The notes: a model not told the origin generated them from the sequence alone. Counted from the stretch's first letter, positions 47,925 to 57,443 are shown. The stretch is DNA of 62,105 nt from Dehalococcoidia bacterium (GCA_034428715.1 DAOUHE010000175.1:1-62105); one strand, 5' to 3'. Translations and numbers: made by a program.

Positions 47925-49136
47925 CACGAACCCGGCCTCGAACTGGGACGGGGCCAGGTAGACACCCCGCTCCAACATGGCGTGGAAGTACCGGCCATAG
48001 ACGGCCGCGTCGGCTTGCTCCACTTGATTTAACGACTCCACCGGACCCGGTGAAAAGAAGCCGGTTAGCATGGAACCCATTCGATTAACCGTGCCGGGGA
48101 TTTCGGCCTCGTTGAATACCTTGGTAAGTCCATCCGCCAGGCGTTGGCCCATGGTTTCCAATTGTTGATATACGCCGGGCTTTTTGATTTCGGTCAAAGC
48201 CGCTACACCGGCGGCCACGGCCAGGGGATTACCCGATAGGGTTCCCGCCTGGTACATGGGCCCCAGGGGAGCCACCTGCTCCATGATCTCCTTGCTGCTG
48301 CCGTAGGCGCCGACGGGCAGACCGCCGCCGATTATCTTGCCCAGGCAGGTGATGTCAGGGGATATCCCGAAAAACCCCTGGGCGCCGTTATATCCAATCC
48401 GAAAGCCGGTGATCACTTCGTCGAAGATCAGCAGAGAGCCGTTCTTCTTGGTTAGGCTCCGCAGCCCGGCTAGGAACCCATCGGCCGGGAGAACCACGCC
48501 CATATTCCCCGCCACCGGTTCTACGATGACGGCGGCGATGCCGTTGGGGTGTTGGCCGAACAGCGCTTCCACCGACAAAAGGTCGTTGTAGTCGGCCACC
48601 AGCGTTTCGCTGGCGTAGGATGCAGGCACTCCCGCGCTGGTGGGGATGCCGTGGGTCAGCGCGCCTGATCCGGCCTTGACCAGCAGGCCGTCGGCGTGCC
48701 CGTGGTAGCAGCCGGCGAATTTGATCAGCTTATCGCGCCCGGTGTGCGCCCTGGCCAGCCGGATAGCGCTCATGCAGGCTTCGGTTCCCGAACTGACCAG
48801 ACGCACCGACTCCACCGAGGGCAGGGCCTCGCAGATGATCTGGGCTAGTTCCACTTCTTGAGCCACCGGCGCGCCAAAGCTGGTGCCGCCCTCGGCGGCT
48901 TTTTTTACCGCTTCCACCACCGCGGGATGGGAATGGCCCAGCACCAGCGGCCCCCAGGAGCCCAGGTAGTCTATGTACTCGTTGCCGTCCACGTCCCATA
49001 CCCTGGAACCGGACCCCCTGGCAAGAAACGGAGGCGTGCCTCCCACGGCGCGGAAAGACCGCACCGGGCTGTTGACACCGCCGGGGATGTACTTCTGCGC
49101 CTGGGCAAAAAGCTCTTCGGACTTTTGGAGTTGCAT
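47850..49136 (-). CDS. hemL: Glutamate-1-semialdehyde 2,1-aminomutase
   Basis: PGGVNSPVRSF, SSGTEA.MSAIRLAR, FDEVITGFR, LGKIIGGGLPVG, AGTLSGNP. Confidence 0.97.
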   Translation of the reverse strand: MQLQKSEELFAQAQKYIPGGVNSPVRSFRAVGGTPPFLARGSGSRVWDVDGNEYIDYLGSWGPLVLGHSHPAVVEAVKKAAEGGTSFGAPVAQEVELAQIICEALPSVESVRLVSSGTEACMSAIRLARAHTGRDKLIKFAGCYHGHADGLLVKAGSGALTHGIPTSAGVPASYASETLVADYNDLLSVEALFGQHPNGIAAVIVEPVAGNMGVVLPADGFLAGLRSLTKKNGSLLIFDEVITGFRIGYNGAQGFFGISPDITCLGKIIGGGLPVGAYGSSKEIMEQVAPLGPMYQAGTLSGNPLAVAAGVAALTEIKKPGVYQQLETMGQRLADGLTKVFNEAEIPGTVNRMGSMLTGFFSPGPVESLNQVEQADAAVYGRYFHAMLERGVYLAPSQFEAGFVSLAHTNADIDQTIAVAKEALASLG

Positions 49137-49171
49137 GGTTAATCCTGATTTAATTTGGTTTCATGGAACCC

Positions 49172-49450
49172 TTAGAATAGGTTCCTGACCCGCCGGTAAG
49201 TGCCTTCGGAGCGGCGGCGTATCCCCGATGTCGATTCTGCGCTTTTCATCGTCAATCTAATACAAGACTCTGAACTGCCCAACAGGGACCCTGAAAATGT
49301 TGCCATCGACTTGCACAGCACCCGCTGGTCGGGAGGTTTCGGCAAAGGCTTCGATGGCGCGAAAAATCGTGGAATAGTAGTTCCCAGGTATCGAGTTTAG
49401 TTCCCTTTGCACTCGGCGGCTCCGCAGGCGGACTTCGTAAGGTCCACTAC
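49172..49450 (-). pseudogene. relE: RelE/StbE toxin pseudogene (not in ORF track)
   Basis: YEVRLRSRRVQREL..IP...RPAGAVQV...FRVPVGQFRVLY*(49257-49259)IDDEKRRIDIG, then frameshift to GIRRRSEGTYRRV. Confidence 0.7.
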
Positions 49451-49461
49451 CTGCCTCGCTC

Positions 49462-50010
49462 TTAGTCCTTCAGACTGATGGGTTCGTCGCTGCTTTCTTC
49501 TGCCTCCCGCATCGTCAGCAGGTCTTCCAGGTCCTCTGGAGAATCAATCAGCTTCTCGAACTCCGAGAATTTGACGATCAATTCCCAACGGTTACGGAAG
49601 CCGCAGAGCAGGTCTTTTAGCGGCATTCCATATTTTCGGACACCGCTGTCCAAGTCTAGATCTCGGGGTGATCCCTTCGGCGGGGTACTAGCATATTTGT
49701 CGAAAATGGCCGATGGAAATACCCAAACATTCTCAGGACTGTCATCGGCGAATTCGACGCCGATGATAAAAAAATCTCTGCTGGCCTTGATCTGAGACAT
49801 TTGGAACCATTTGGGGTGTTTGGCGCCTGCGCTGCCGGCGGCTTTGACCTGGAGCTTGAGAACTTGTCCATCTGGAGTGCAGACCATAGCGTCGTAACCT
49901 TCGTCCACCAAAGGAACGTATGGGACCACGCCTTTCTTCAGAAGCTCGCCGAAGACGTATAACTCCCCCCTTTCGCCGCCGATTTGCGTCCTGGTTCTAG
50001 CGGTACCCAT
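49462..50010 (-). CDS. PD-(D/E)XK nuclease-fold protein with antitoxin-like acidic C-terminus
   Basis: GERGELYVFGELL..G...Y.P.VDEGYD.......LKLQVK; tail EDLEDLLTMREAEE....ISLKD. Confidence 0.7.
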   Translation of the reverse strand: MGTARTRTQIGGERGELYVFGELLKKGVVPYVPLVDEGYDAMVCTPDGQVLKLQVKAAGSAGAKHPKWFQMSQIKASRDFFIIGVEFADDSPENVWVFPSAIFDKYASTPPKGSPRDLDLDSGVRKYGMPLKDLLCGFRNRWELIVKFSEFEKLIDSPEDLEDLLTMREAEESSDEPISLKD

Positions 50011-50014
50011 TGCC

Positions 50015-50998
50015 CTACTCCCGTTCTTTCAGCCAGCGGGCTACTTCTTTGGCGTGGTAGGTTAGGGTTATGTCGGCGCCGGCCCTTTGGATGGCGGTCA
50101 AAAGCTCTAGGGTGGCGGCCTTCTCGTCGATCCAGCCTCGTTCCGCGGCCGCCTTTACCATGGAGTATTCGCCGCTGACGTTGTATGCCGCCAGAGGATG
50201 GTCGAAACGGTCCCGGGCTTGGCGGATCACGTCCAGGTAGGCCAGGGCGGGTTTGACCATGACGATGTCCGCCCCCTCGGCTATATCACTCTCTATCTCT
50301 CGCATGGCCATTCGGGCGTTGGCCGGGTCCATCTGGTAGCTGTGCCGGTCGCCGAATTGGGGGCTGGAATCGGCCGCTACCCGGAAGGGCCCGTAGAAGG
50401 CCGAAGCGTATTTGGAGGCATAGCCCATGATGGGAGTAGTCTCATGCCCATGGGCATCCAGTTCCCGGCGGATGGCTTTCACCTGTCCGTCCATCATGGC
50501 CGAGGGGGCCACCATGTCGGCCCCGGCCTGCACGTGGGACAATCCGGTCCGGGCCAGCAATTCCAGCGTGGCGTCGTTGTCAACGTGGCCGTTGTCGATG
50601 ACGCCGCAGTGACCGTGGTCGGTGTATTCGCAAAGGCAAACGTCGGTGATGACCATAATGTCCGGCACTTCCCGCTTGATGGTGCGCACCGCCTCTTGAA
50701 TGATGCCTTCCGGGTCGTAGGCACCCAAACCTACCGGGTCCTTTTCTTGGGGCAGGCCAAATAGGAGAACCGCGGGAATGCCTAGTTCGGCGGCTTCGCC
50801 CACGTCTTCAGCCAGCAGGTCAAGAGATAGATGATGGCACCCGGGCATCGGTTCTATCGGCTGACGGATGTTTTGCCCGTGGGTGATGAACATGGGGTAA
50901 ACGAAGCCCGATGGAGAAAGGCGGGTCTCACGGGTCAATTGTCGTAATGGAGCTTGATCTCTTATGCGGCGCAAGCGCAGGTCTGGGAAGCTGACCAT
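50015..50998 (-). CDS. hemB: Porphobilinogen synthase (Zn-type)
   Basis: DVCLCEYTDHGHCG, APSAMMDG, MVKPAL.YLD, AYNVSGEY. Confidence 0.97.
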   Translation of the reverse strand: MVSFPDLRLRRIRDQAPLRQLTRETRLSPSGFVYPMFITHGQNIRQPIEPMPGCHHLSLDLLAEDVGEAAELGIPAVLLFGLPQEKDPVGLGAYDPEGIIQEAVRTIKREVPDIMVITDVCLCEYTDHGHCGVIDNGHVDNDATLELLARTGLSHVQAGADMVAPSAMMDGQVKAIRRELDAHGHETTPIMGYASKYASAFYGPFRVAADSSPQFGDRHSYQMDPANARMAMREIESDIAEGADIVMVKPALAYLDVIRQARDRFDHPLAAYNVSGEYSMVKAAAERGWIDEKAATLELLTAIQRAGADITLTYHAKEVARWLKERE

Positions 50999-51071
50999 GT
51001 TTTTCCTCCGTTGGTGGTAGGGGCACGGCATGCCGTGCCCCTACCGTTCACGTATCACAATAAATTATGCC

Positions 51072-52604
51072 CTATTGTCCGGCAAAATACTCGACCACCG
51101 CGCTTACCAGGCCTTCCACCGTGTGCTCCTGGGCCACTACGTCTACTTTCAAGCCCAATTCTTTGGCGGTGGCGGCGGTAGTGGGGCCGATGCATATCAG
51201 GGGAAGGTCTTGCAACAATGACTTGCTGCCGTTGAGCATATCCACCAGGTTTCGCACCGTCGACGAACTCGTGAAGGTGACGGCGTCGATCCCCGATTCA
51301 AATGCCTCTTGGGCCCTTTCCCCCATTCCTTGGGAAGGGGTGGTCCGGTAGGCGGTGACCCGTTCCACTTTGGCGCCCATGGCTGCCAGCCCCTTGGCCA
51401 GGGCGTCCCGGCCGATATCGGCCGAGGGGAGCAGTACCGATGTGCCGTTCCAATCGCCGGACCATTCCATATTGGATAGCTCTTCCACCACGGATTCGGA
51501 TATCGAACGTGTGGGCACGAAATCTGCCTTGATTCCCCGGTTTGCCAGGGCGGCGGCGGTGGCTGGGCCGATGGCCCCGATGTTGGCTGCGGCGAAGGCC
51601 CGGGAGTCCCGGCCTTGCGTGTCCAGGCGTTGAAACACTGATTCTACCGCGTTGGTGCTGGCGAAGATCACCCAACCAAACTCGGGCAGCCGGGTCAACG
51701 CGCCGTCCAATTCCGTGTAGTCTTCCAAGGGTTCTACATGGATCGCCGGAAGCTCAATGGGTTCCGCGCCTAGGTCTTCCAGTAAACCCACCAGGCGGGA
51801 GGCCTGAGTGCGAGAACGTGTGATCAATACCCTCTTCCCAAATAGGGGACGGCGGTCAAACCATGAGATTTTTTCACGTAGTTCCACCACGCCGCCGAAG
51901 ATGGCTACCACCGGCGGCTTGAGCCCGGCCTTCTTTCCCTTTTCGACGATGTTTTCCAAACTGCCGGTGACGGTGGTCTGCTTGGCCCAGGTGCCCCAAT
52001 TGACCAGGGCAGCCGGGGTGTCCAAGGCCATACCGTTGCGGCCCAATGTGTCTACGATGGAACCCAAAGCGGCTAGACCCATCAGCACCACCAGGGTGCC
52101 TCCGTTTTTGGCCAAGACATCCCAGGGAACCGAAGAACCGGGCTTGGATGGATCTTCGCTGCCGCTAACCACGGTAAAGGTGGTGGCAATGCCCCGGTGG
52201 GTGATGGGGATGCCGGCGTAGGCGGCGGCGGCGATGGGGGAGGTTATTCCGGGAACCACTTCAAAGGGGATCCCATGCTCGGCCAATGCCAGGGCTTCTT
52301 CTCCGCCCCGGCCGAATACGAAGGGGTCTCCGCCCTTGAGCCGCACGACAGTCTGGCCCTTTGATGCCCGGTCCACCAGAAACCGGTTGATCTCGTCCTG
52401 GGTCATGGCTTGGCGGCCGCGTTCCTTGCCCACGAAAACCAACTGGGCGGATTCGGGCGCCGACCGGAGCAACGAAGGGTCCATCAGGCGGTCGTACACC
52501 ACCGCCTGGGCTTCTTCCAGGCAGCGCTTACCCTTCACCGTGATTAATCCGGGATCGCCGGGTCCGGCGCCCACTAGGTAGACTTTACCGAGAGTTGGTT
52601 GCAC
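51072..52604 (-). CDS. cobA: Uroporphyrinogen-III C-methyltransferase / uroporphyrinogen-III synthase fusion
   Basis: VYLVGAGPGDPGLIT, RLKGGDPFVFGRGGEE; HemD half LITRSRTQA...FTSSSTV. Confidence 0.95.
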   Translation of the reverse strand: MQPTLGKVYLVGAGPGDPGLITVKGKRCLEEAQAVVYDRLMDPSLLRSAPESAQLVFVGKERGRQAMTQDEINRFLVDRASKGQTVVRLKGGDPFVFGRGGEEALALAEHGIPFEVVPGITSPIAAAAYAGIPITHRGIATTFTVVSGSEDPSKPGSSVPWDVLAKNGGTLVVLMGLAALGSIVDTLGRNGMALDTPAALVNWGTWAKQTTVTGSLENIVEKGKKAGLKPPVVAIFGGVVELREKISWFDRRPLFGKRVLITRSRTQASRLVGLLEDLGAEPIELPAIHVEPLEDYTELDGALTRLPEFGWVIFASTNAVESVFQRLDTQGRDSRAFAAANIGAIGPATAAALANRGIKADFVPTRSISESVVEELSNMEWSGDWNGTSVLLPSADIGRDALAKGLAAMGAKVERVTAYRTTPSQGMGERAQEAFESGIDAVTFTSSSTVRNLVDMLNGSKSLLQDLPLICIGPTTAATAKELGLKVDVVAQEHTVEGLVSAVVEYFAGQ

Positions 52605-52680
52605 GTGATCCTCGATGTTTGATCGTCCGCGTTGACTTACCTAATGCGCGATGGTCTAAGGTTGGGAAATGCCCCAGCCC

Positions 52681-52718
52681 CAGATACTTCGTCGCTGCGG
52701 CTGGCTCAGCATGACATT
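52681..52718. repeat. Degenerate REP-like element (GATNCTTCG...GCTCAG.ATGACA type)
   Basis: CAGATACTTCGTCGCTGCGGCTGGCTCAGCATGACA in the hemC-cobA spacer; resemblance recalled, single copy in window. Confidence 0.4.
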
Positions 52719-52797
52719 CTTGCTTGGGTAGATGTATGTCTATTCCCACAATTACAGATGCACAGGGCGTTATTTGTTGCCCATTTTTGGATAATCC

Positions 52798-53718
52798 TCA
52801 TTTTGACCCAAACAGCTCGTCTGCACCCTGTTCCACCAGGTTCAGGTAGGCGTCGTTGGCCAGCCGCTTGGGGTCTTGAGGTTGGCCGCGCAATTCGGCC
52901 CTGAAGCATTTTTGACCGTCGTCGGAAGATAAAAACACCGTAAGAACCATCAGTTCACCGTCGGATTGGGCGTAGGCGCCCACCGGCACCTGACAGCCGC
53001 TGCCCAGGATTTCCAGAAATGCTCGTTCCGCGGTGGCGGCGTAGCGGGCCTCGGCATTATCCACCGGTCTTAACAGGCTTTCCATCCGTTGGTCGCCAGT
53101 GCGAATCTCCACCGCCAGCACCCCTTGGCCGGGAGCCGGGACGAATTCTTGGGCCGAAAGATATTCGGAAATCTCATTGGTTACCCCCAGGCGGATTAGT
53201 CCGGAGGCGGCCAAAACAGCGCCGTCGTAGTCATCGCTCTTGGCTTTTTCGAGCCGGGTGTCCACGCTGCCGCGGATGGGCAGGACCTCGGCCTGGGGGC
53301 AGAGGTTCATCATTTGGGCCCGTCTTCGGGGGCTGCTGGTGCCGATGCGGGCGCCCTGGGGGAGTTGATCCAGCGGGCAATTCCACCGGTTTACCAAGAT
53401 ATCACGGGGGTCTTGGCGGTGAAGGGTAGCGCCGAGGATAAGACCGTCTGGCAGCAGGGTGGGCATATCCTTTAGGCTATGCACCGCTATGTCCAGGGTC
53501 TCGTTAAGCAGCTCCCGTTCGATCTCTTTCACAAAGACACCCAAGCCCATTCCAGGAAGGGAGCCGGTGGCGTTGATATCGCCGCTGGTTCGTACTGTCA
53601 CAACCTGGAAATCCAGGCCAGGATTCAGGGGGCGCAACTGCACTAGGACTTCTTCGGTCTGGCGCAAAGCCAGGTTGCTGCCCCGGCTACCCACTTTGAT
53701 TACGTTGCTATCAACCAA
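52798..53718 (-). CDS. hemC: Hydroxymethylbilane synthase
   Basis: GSRGSNLALRQ, GVFVKEIE, AVHSLKDMP, GTSSPRR, GCQVPVG. Confidence 0.96.
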   Translation of the reverse strand: MVDSNVIKVGSRGSNLALRQTEEVLVQLRPLNPGLDFQVVTVRTSGDINATGSLPGMGLGVFVKEIERELLNETLDIAVHSLKDMPTLLPDGLILGATLHRQDPRDILVNRWNCPLDQLPQGARIGTSSPRRRAQMMNLCPQAEVLPIRGSVDTRLEKAKSDDYDGAVLAASGLIRLGVTNEISEYLSAQEFVPAPGQGVLAVEIRTGDQRMESLLRPVDNAEARYAATAERAFLEILGSGCQVPVGAYAQSDGELMVLTVFLSSDDGQKCFRAELRGQPQDPKRLANDAYLNLVEQGADELFGSK

Positions 53719-53832
53719 TGTGTATATCTGACCATATGACGAGGTTTGGGAGCCGGCTTTAGAGAGCCTGGCGCTAAGGATAGAAAGTCGTGAAGGAACG
53801 GTGACGGTCCGACGGAATTGACTCCGGTATGT

Positions 53833-54525
53833 TTAAACCTGAGTAGAGCAGCCGTCCGAACCGCATTTCTTTACATCCGAGCATAATCCCGACGCGTTTT
53901 CGCCCAAAAGGCTGAACATTATCTGTTCCAGGGCTTGCTCGTCTTGACCTGCCTGGGCCAAACTGAGCAGGTCTGGAGTAAGGCAACATTGCCATCTTTG
54001 CGGGTCCACCGACACGCCCCGTTTCTTTATTTCCTTACGCGCTTTGGAAAGCACACCGGCCAGGTCGGCCCACTCTAAAGCGGGAGCTGCGGCAAGGGTT
54101 TCCCGAAGCTTCCTCGCCAGGGCGGGACTGGCCCCCCCCGTGGAGATGGCCACGGTCACCGGACCGCGCTCCACTACGGACGGGGCGATGAAGCCACAAA
54201 GGTCGGGATCGTCCACCACGTTGAGGACCACTCCCAGCTCCTGTGCTTCCTGAAAAATCTGCTGGTTTACCTGGCGTTTATCGGTGGCGGCGATGCCCAG
54301 GAACGCCCCTTCAAGATCACCGGGTTGATATTTCCTGGCGGTCCATTCCACCACGCCTTTATTGGCCATCTTTTGGATGGCCGGGGTGGCGTCTGGGCTG
54401 ATTATCGTGATCTGGGCGCCGGTCTTCTTCAGCTTGGAGATCTTTCCTTCGGCGATGGTTCCGCCGCCGAATATGACGCAGCGTTTGCCGGCGAGATTTA
54501 GGAACACGGGGTAGTAGGCTGGCAT
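53833..54525 (-). CDS. sirC: Precorrin-2 dehydrogenase (SirC/Met8/CysG N-terminal type)
   Basis: YYPVFLNL.GKRCVIFGGG.IAEGK, NVVDDP.LC.F..P, AISTGGASPALA. Confidence 0.9.
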   Translation of the reverse strand: MPAYYPVFLNLAGKRCVIFGGGTIAEGKISKLKKTGAQITIISPDATPAIQKMANKGVVEWTARKYQPGDLEGAFLGIAATDKRQVNQQIFQEAQELGVVLNVVDDPDLCGFIAPSVVERGPVTVAISTGGASPALARKLRETLAAAPALEWADLAGVLSKARKEIKKRGVSVDPQRWQCCLTPDLLSLAQAGQDEQALEQIMFSLLGENASGLCSDVKKCGSDGCSTQV

Positions 54526-54536
54526 ATCCTTCCTCG

Positions 54537-55598
54537 TCAACCCCTGGCCACGTTTTCGGCCGGTTGGGGGTCACGGTACCTGTCGTAATCGTCCACAAAG
54601 TATTGCACCCGGGTCTTCTTGTATTCCCGTGTGCTGTAAAGAAGCCGGCGTTCGGTGATGCCGGTGGATTCGGCTATCTCCCGCTCTACCTCCTCGCAAC
54701 CATCGGTGCTTGTTGCGTGGACCATGGTGAAATGGGTGTAGGGCCAATCTGGGAAGGTGGGCCTCTCGTAACAGTGGGTCACTGCCGAGTGTTGGGCCAT
54801 GGTCATCCCCACTTCCTCTGAGCGTTCCGGCGGTACTTTCCAGACGATCATGGCGTTGGCCCGGAAACCAGAACGGCGGTGGTGCAACACTGCGCTGTAC
54901 CGCCGCATGAGACGCCGCTCCTGGAAATCGGCCGCCCGTTGGAACAGTTCCTGGTTGGTTATGCCAATCGATCGGGCCATGGAGTCGAAGGGCCGCGGCA
55001 CCAAGGCCAGGTCCTCCTGTAATTCTCGGATAGACACCTTGTCCGTTTCTGAAAGCTCCTGGGCCTCGTTCCAACCTTTGGCGGATTCTTGGTTTTGGCT
55101 GGAACCGTTGCCATCCGGGTTGTAGTTGAAAGAGGAACCCTTTTCGTTGACCATGTCGAAGTTTACACCGATCTTGAAAAAACGGATGGTGGGCATCATT
55201 CGGTAGCTCAACGCTTTAGTATCGCGCCCCATGCGGTCCACGGTTCCTTCCAGATCGTGATCGGGAGGAACCGCCAGGGTGAACCAAAGATTGAAGTATG
55301 AGCCTTCCCGTGCGTAATTGTGGCTTACGCCGGGATGTTTGTTGATTTCCAGCGCTCCTTTGTGGAGCTGCTCTGGCTCAAAGGCCATGGCCACCAATGT
55401 GGTCTTGTAACCAAGACGCCGGGTATCGAAGATCGCGCTGATCTGGCGAAGCACGTTCTGCCGCTTCAACTCCGACAGCCGTTGGATGGTCTCATCTTCG
55501 GTTATCCCCAACTCTTCTCCTAGGTTCAAATAGGGCTGGTCCACCAAGGGGAAGGCCCCCTGGATCAAGTTCAACAATTTCCTGTCGGTCAAATCCAT
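54537..55598 (-). CDS. ahbAB: Fused siroheme decarboxylase AhbA-AhbB (NirDL/GH-like)
   Basis: Two AsnC-like repeats: VSHNYAR...NLWFTL and VTHCYERP...WPYTHFTMVH; LYSTREYKKT. Confidence 0.9.
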   Translation of the reverse strand: MDLTDRKLLNLIQGAFPLVDQPYLNLGEELGITEDETIQRLSELKRQNVLRQISAIFDTRRLGYKTTLVAMAFEPEQLHKGALEINKHPGVSHNYAREGSYFNLWFTLAVPPDHDLEGTVDRMGRDTKALSYRMMPTIRFFKIGVNFDMVNEKGSSFNYNPDGNGSSQNQESAKGWNEAQELSETDKVSIRELQEDLALVPRPFDSMARSIGITNQELFQRAADFQERRLMRRYSAVLHHRRSGFRANAMIVWKVPPERSEEVGMTMAQHSAVTHCYERPTFPDWPYTHFTMVHATSTDGCEEVEREIAESTGITERRLLYSTREYKKTRVQYFVDDYDRYRDPQPAENVARG

Positions 55599-55700
55599 GG
55601 TCGCTCCTGTTCACTCTTCGTGATACCTGGATCGGATATTTGGTTCCGGACCGCACGACTATCATGTTCGGGCGTCTGGTATTGGTTTAACTTGCAGACA

Positions 55701-56318
55701 TCAGGCAGCGCGGTTCTGGTAGGACTCCACCACACCCAACAAGACCCGGTCCGCCAGGTCCAAGATACGAATCCAAGAACCGTGGCCGGCGGAACTCAAG
55801 ACCATGGTGCGAAAGAACATAAAGGCTTCGACGGTGTCTTTCAGCAAGACGCCCCGGCCGGCCATCTCCGATCCATATTCCCGCCCCATGACAACCGATT
55901 CATCCATTGCTCGCTGGCGGCGCCTTCCCGCCGGATTTTCCTGCATCAGCAAGGACAGGAGCTGGCGGCCGAATAGCCGCATGCGGACCCGTCCATCTTC
56001 GTCGATACTCTGGTACCACGGTTGGCGCGCCACCGTGTCTTGATGAAGCCTGCGGCGGATGCGGCGCAGGGCGTTTCCTTCCAGAGTGTTCGCCCCCAGA
56101 GAGTTGCCCTGAGCTAGGGCCTGCGGCGGTTCTGACCCATTGGTTAGGGCAGCAAGGTCTTCGCGCAGAAACCGGCGGTGGCCTCCCGGAGTTCGGTACA
56201 CCCTGAGATAGCCATTATTGGCCCACTGCCTGAGGGTGGCTTCATTGACTTCTAAAATCCGGGAAGCTTCCCCCATGGACAACCAGCGGCTTTTATCACC
56301 TATGGCAGATTCGACCAT
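55701..56318 (-). CDS. MerR/excisionase-type HTH regulator with helical C-terminal domain
   Basis: WLSMGEASRILEV...TLRQWAN.G....RTPGGHRRF. Confidence 0.8.
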   Translation of the reverse strand: MVESAIGDKSRWLSMGEASRILEVNEATLRQWANNGYLRVYRTPGGHRRFLREDLAALTNGSEPPQALAQGNSLGANTLEGNALRRIRRRLHQDTVARQPWYQSIDEDGRVRMRLFGRQLLSLLMQENPAGRRRQRAMDESVVMGREYGSEMAGRGVLLKDTVEAFMFFRTMVLSSAGHGSWIRILDLADRVLLGVVESYQNRAA

Positions 56319-56651
56319 TTAAAATCTATAGGAATCTTAATAAATCTATGACAGAATGTTACACTGAGTCTGAGGCTAACACAGGGCTACACCCCAGTCA
56401 ACGGGTTATTCTAACCGGTGGGCATGGGGTTCATATAGGTCCCGCCAACATGGAGTCAGCCAAATCCGCTCTGGCTAAACAACGAGTCTATTTTGGCCGG
56501 AGCAGGCGCATTGTTGGGCACGAAGGCACGGTCGATATGGAACCCACTTGATATAGTGGATACGATTCAGGAAGTTTCCTGGAAGGCCTTCTAACTAAAC
56601 TCTCTAAGGGGACTTACTGGGAAATTTAGGAAACGTACGCGGATACTTTCG

Positions 56652-57314
56652 GTGAGATTTACGATGCAAATCGACCTTATCCACGCTAAGAGGATCCTGT
56701 TTAAAAACCTTTCCAACGCCGTCGATTCGAAATCGGTGATCGAAGCCATGGAAATGGTGCCCCGGGACAGATTCGTTCCCCCTGAGAGCCGCCACCTGGC
56801 CTACATGGACATAGCCTTGGCCATCGGCGAGGGTCAGACCATCTCTCAGCCATACATGGTGGCGATCATGACCAAGGCCCTGGGCTTGAGGGATACAGAC
56901 AGGGTTTTAGAGGTGGGCACCGGCAGCGGGTACCAGGCGGCGGTTTTGTCCTTGCTGACCCCCAACGGTAAAGTCGTCACGGTAGAACTGATCACGTCCC
57001 TGGCCAAACGGGCGGAGACCCTGTTGGCGGAATTGGGGTACGCCAACGTCGAGGTGAGGGAAGCCGGCCCCACCCTGGGATGTCCTTCTTTAGGGCCCTT
57101 CGATGCCATCATCGTCGCGGCGGCGGCCCCTAGGCTCTCAGAATCTTTGATCGGTCAGATGGCGGTGGGAGGCAGGATGGTGGCGCCAGTGGGAACGCGG
57201 AAAAATCAGGAGTTGATTCAGGTGTTGCGTACCGGCGAGGGGCTATCCATCCAAGCGTTAGGCCGTTGCCGCTTCGTGCCTCTGATCGGCGAAGAAGCAT
57301 TTCCAAAGGATTAG
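56652..57314 (+). CDS. pcm: Protein-L-isoaspartate O-methyltransferase
   Basis: VPRDRFVP, GQTISQPYMVA, VLEVGTGSGYQAAVL, PFDAIIV.AA. Confidence 0.95.
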   Translation: MRFTMQIDLIHAKRILFKNLSNAVDSKSVIEAMEMVPRDRFVPPESRHLAYMDIALAIGEGQTISQPYMVAIMTKALGLRDTDRVLEVGTGSGYQAAVLSLLTPNGKVVTVELITSLAKRAETLLAELGYANVEVREAGPTLGCPSLGPFDAIIVAAAAPRLSESLIGQMAVGGRMVAPVGTRKNQELIQVLRTGEGLSIQALGRCRFVPLIGEEAFPKD

Positions 57315-57443
57315 TGGCTATCATAGCCGCGGCGAATAGAACGCTATATGATCGAATTCCGCTAGACAACCCGTGACCTCAGATGTAGTATCGCTCTATA
57401 CTCGAAACATTAGCCTCAAACTGAATTTCTGGAAACTCCAGGC

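Noticed and set aside
1182-50010. Stop-codon recoding (pyrrolysine TAG or selenocysteine TGA) to explain in-frame stops
   Set aside because: The stops fall at positions expected to be Trp, Lys, Tyr or Gln; TAA, TAG and TGA all occur; several of these genes also have frameshifts or deletions; TAG ends many normal genes here; no pyl or sel genes are in the window
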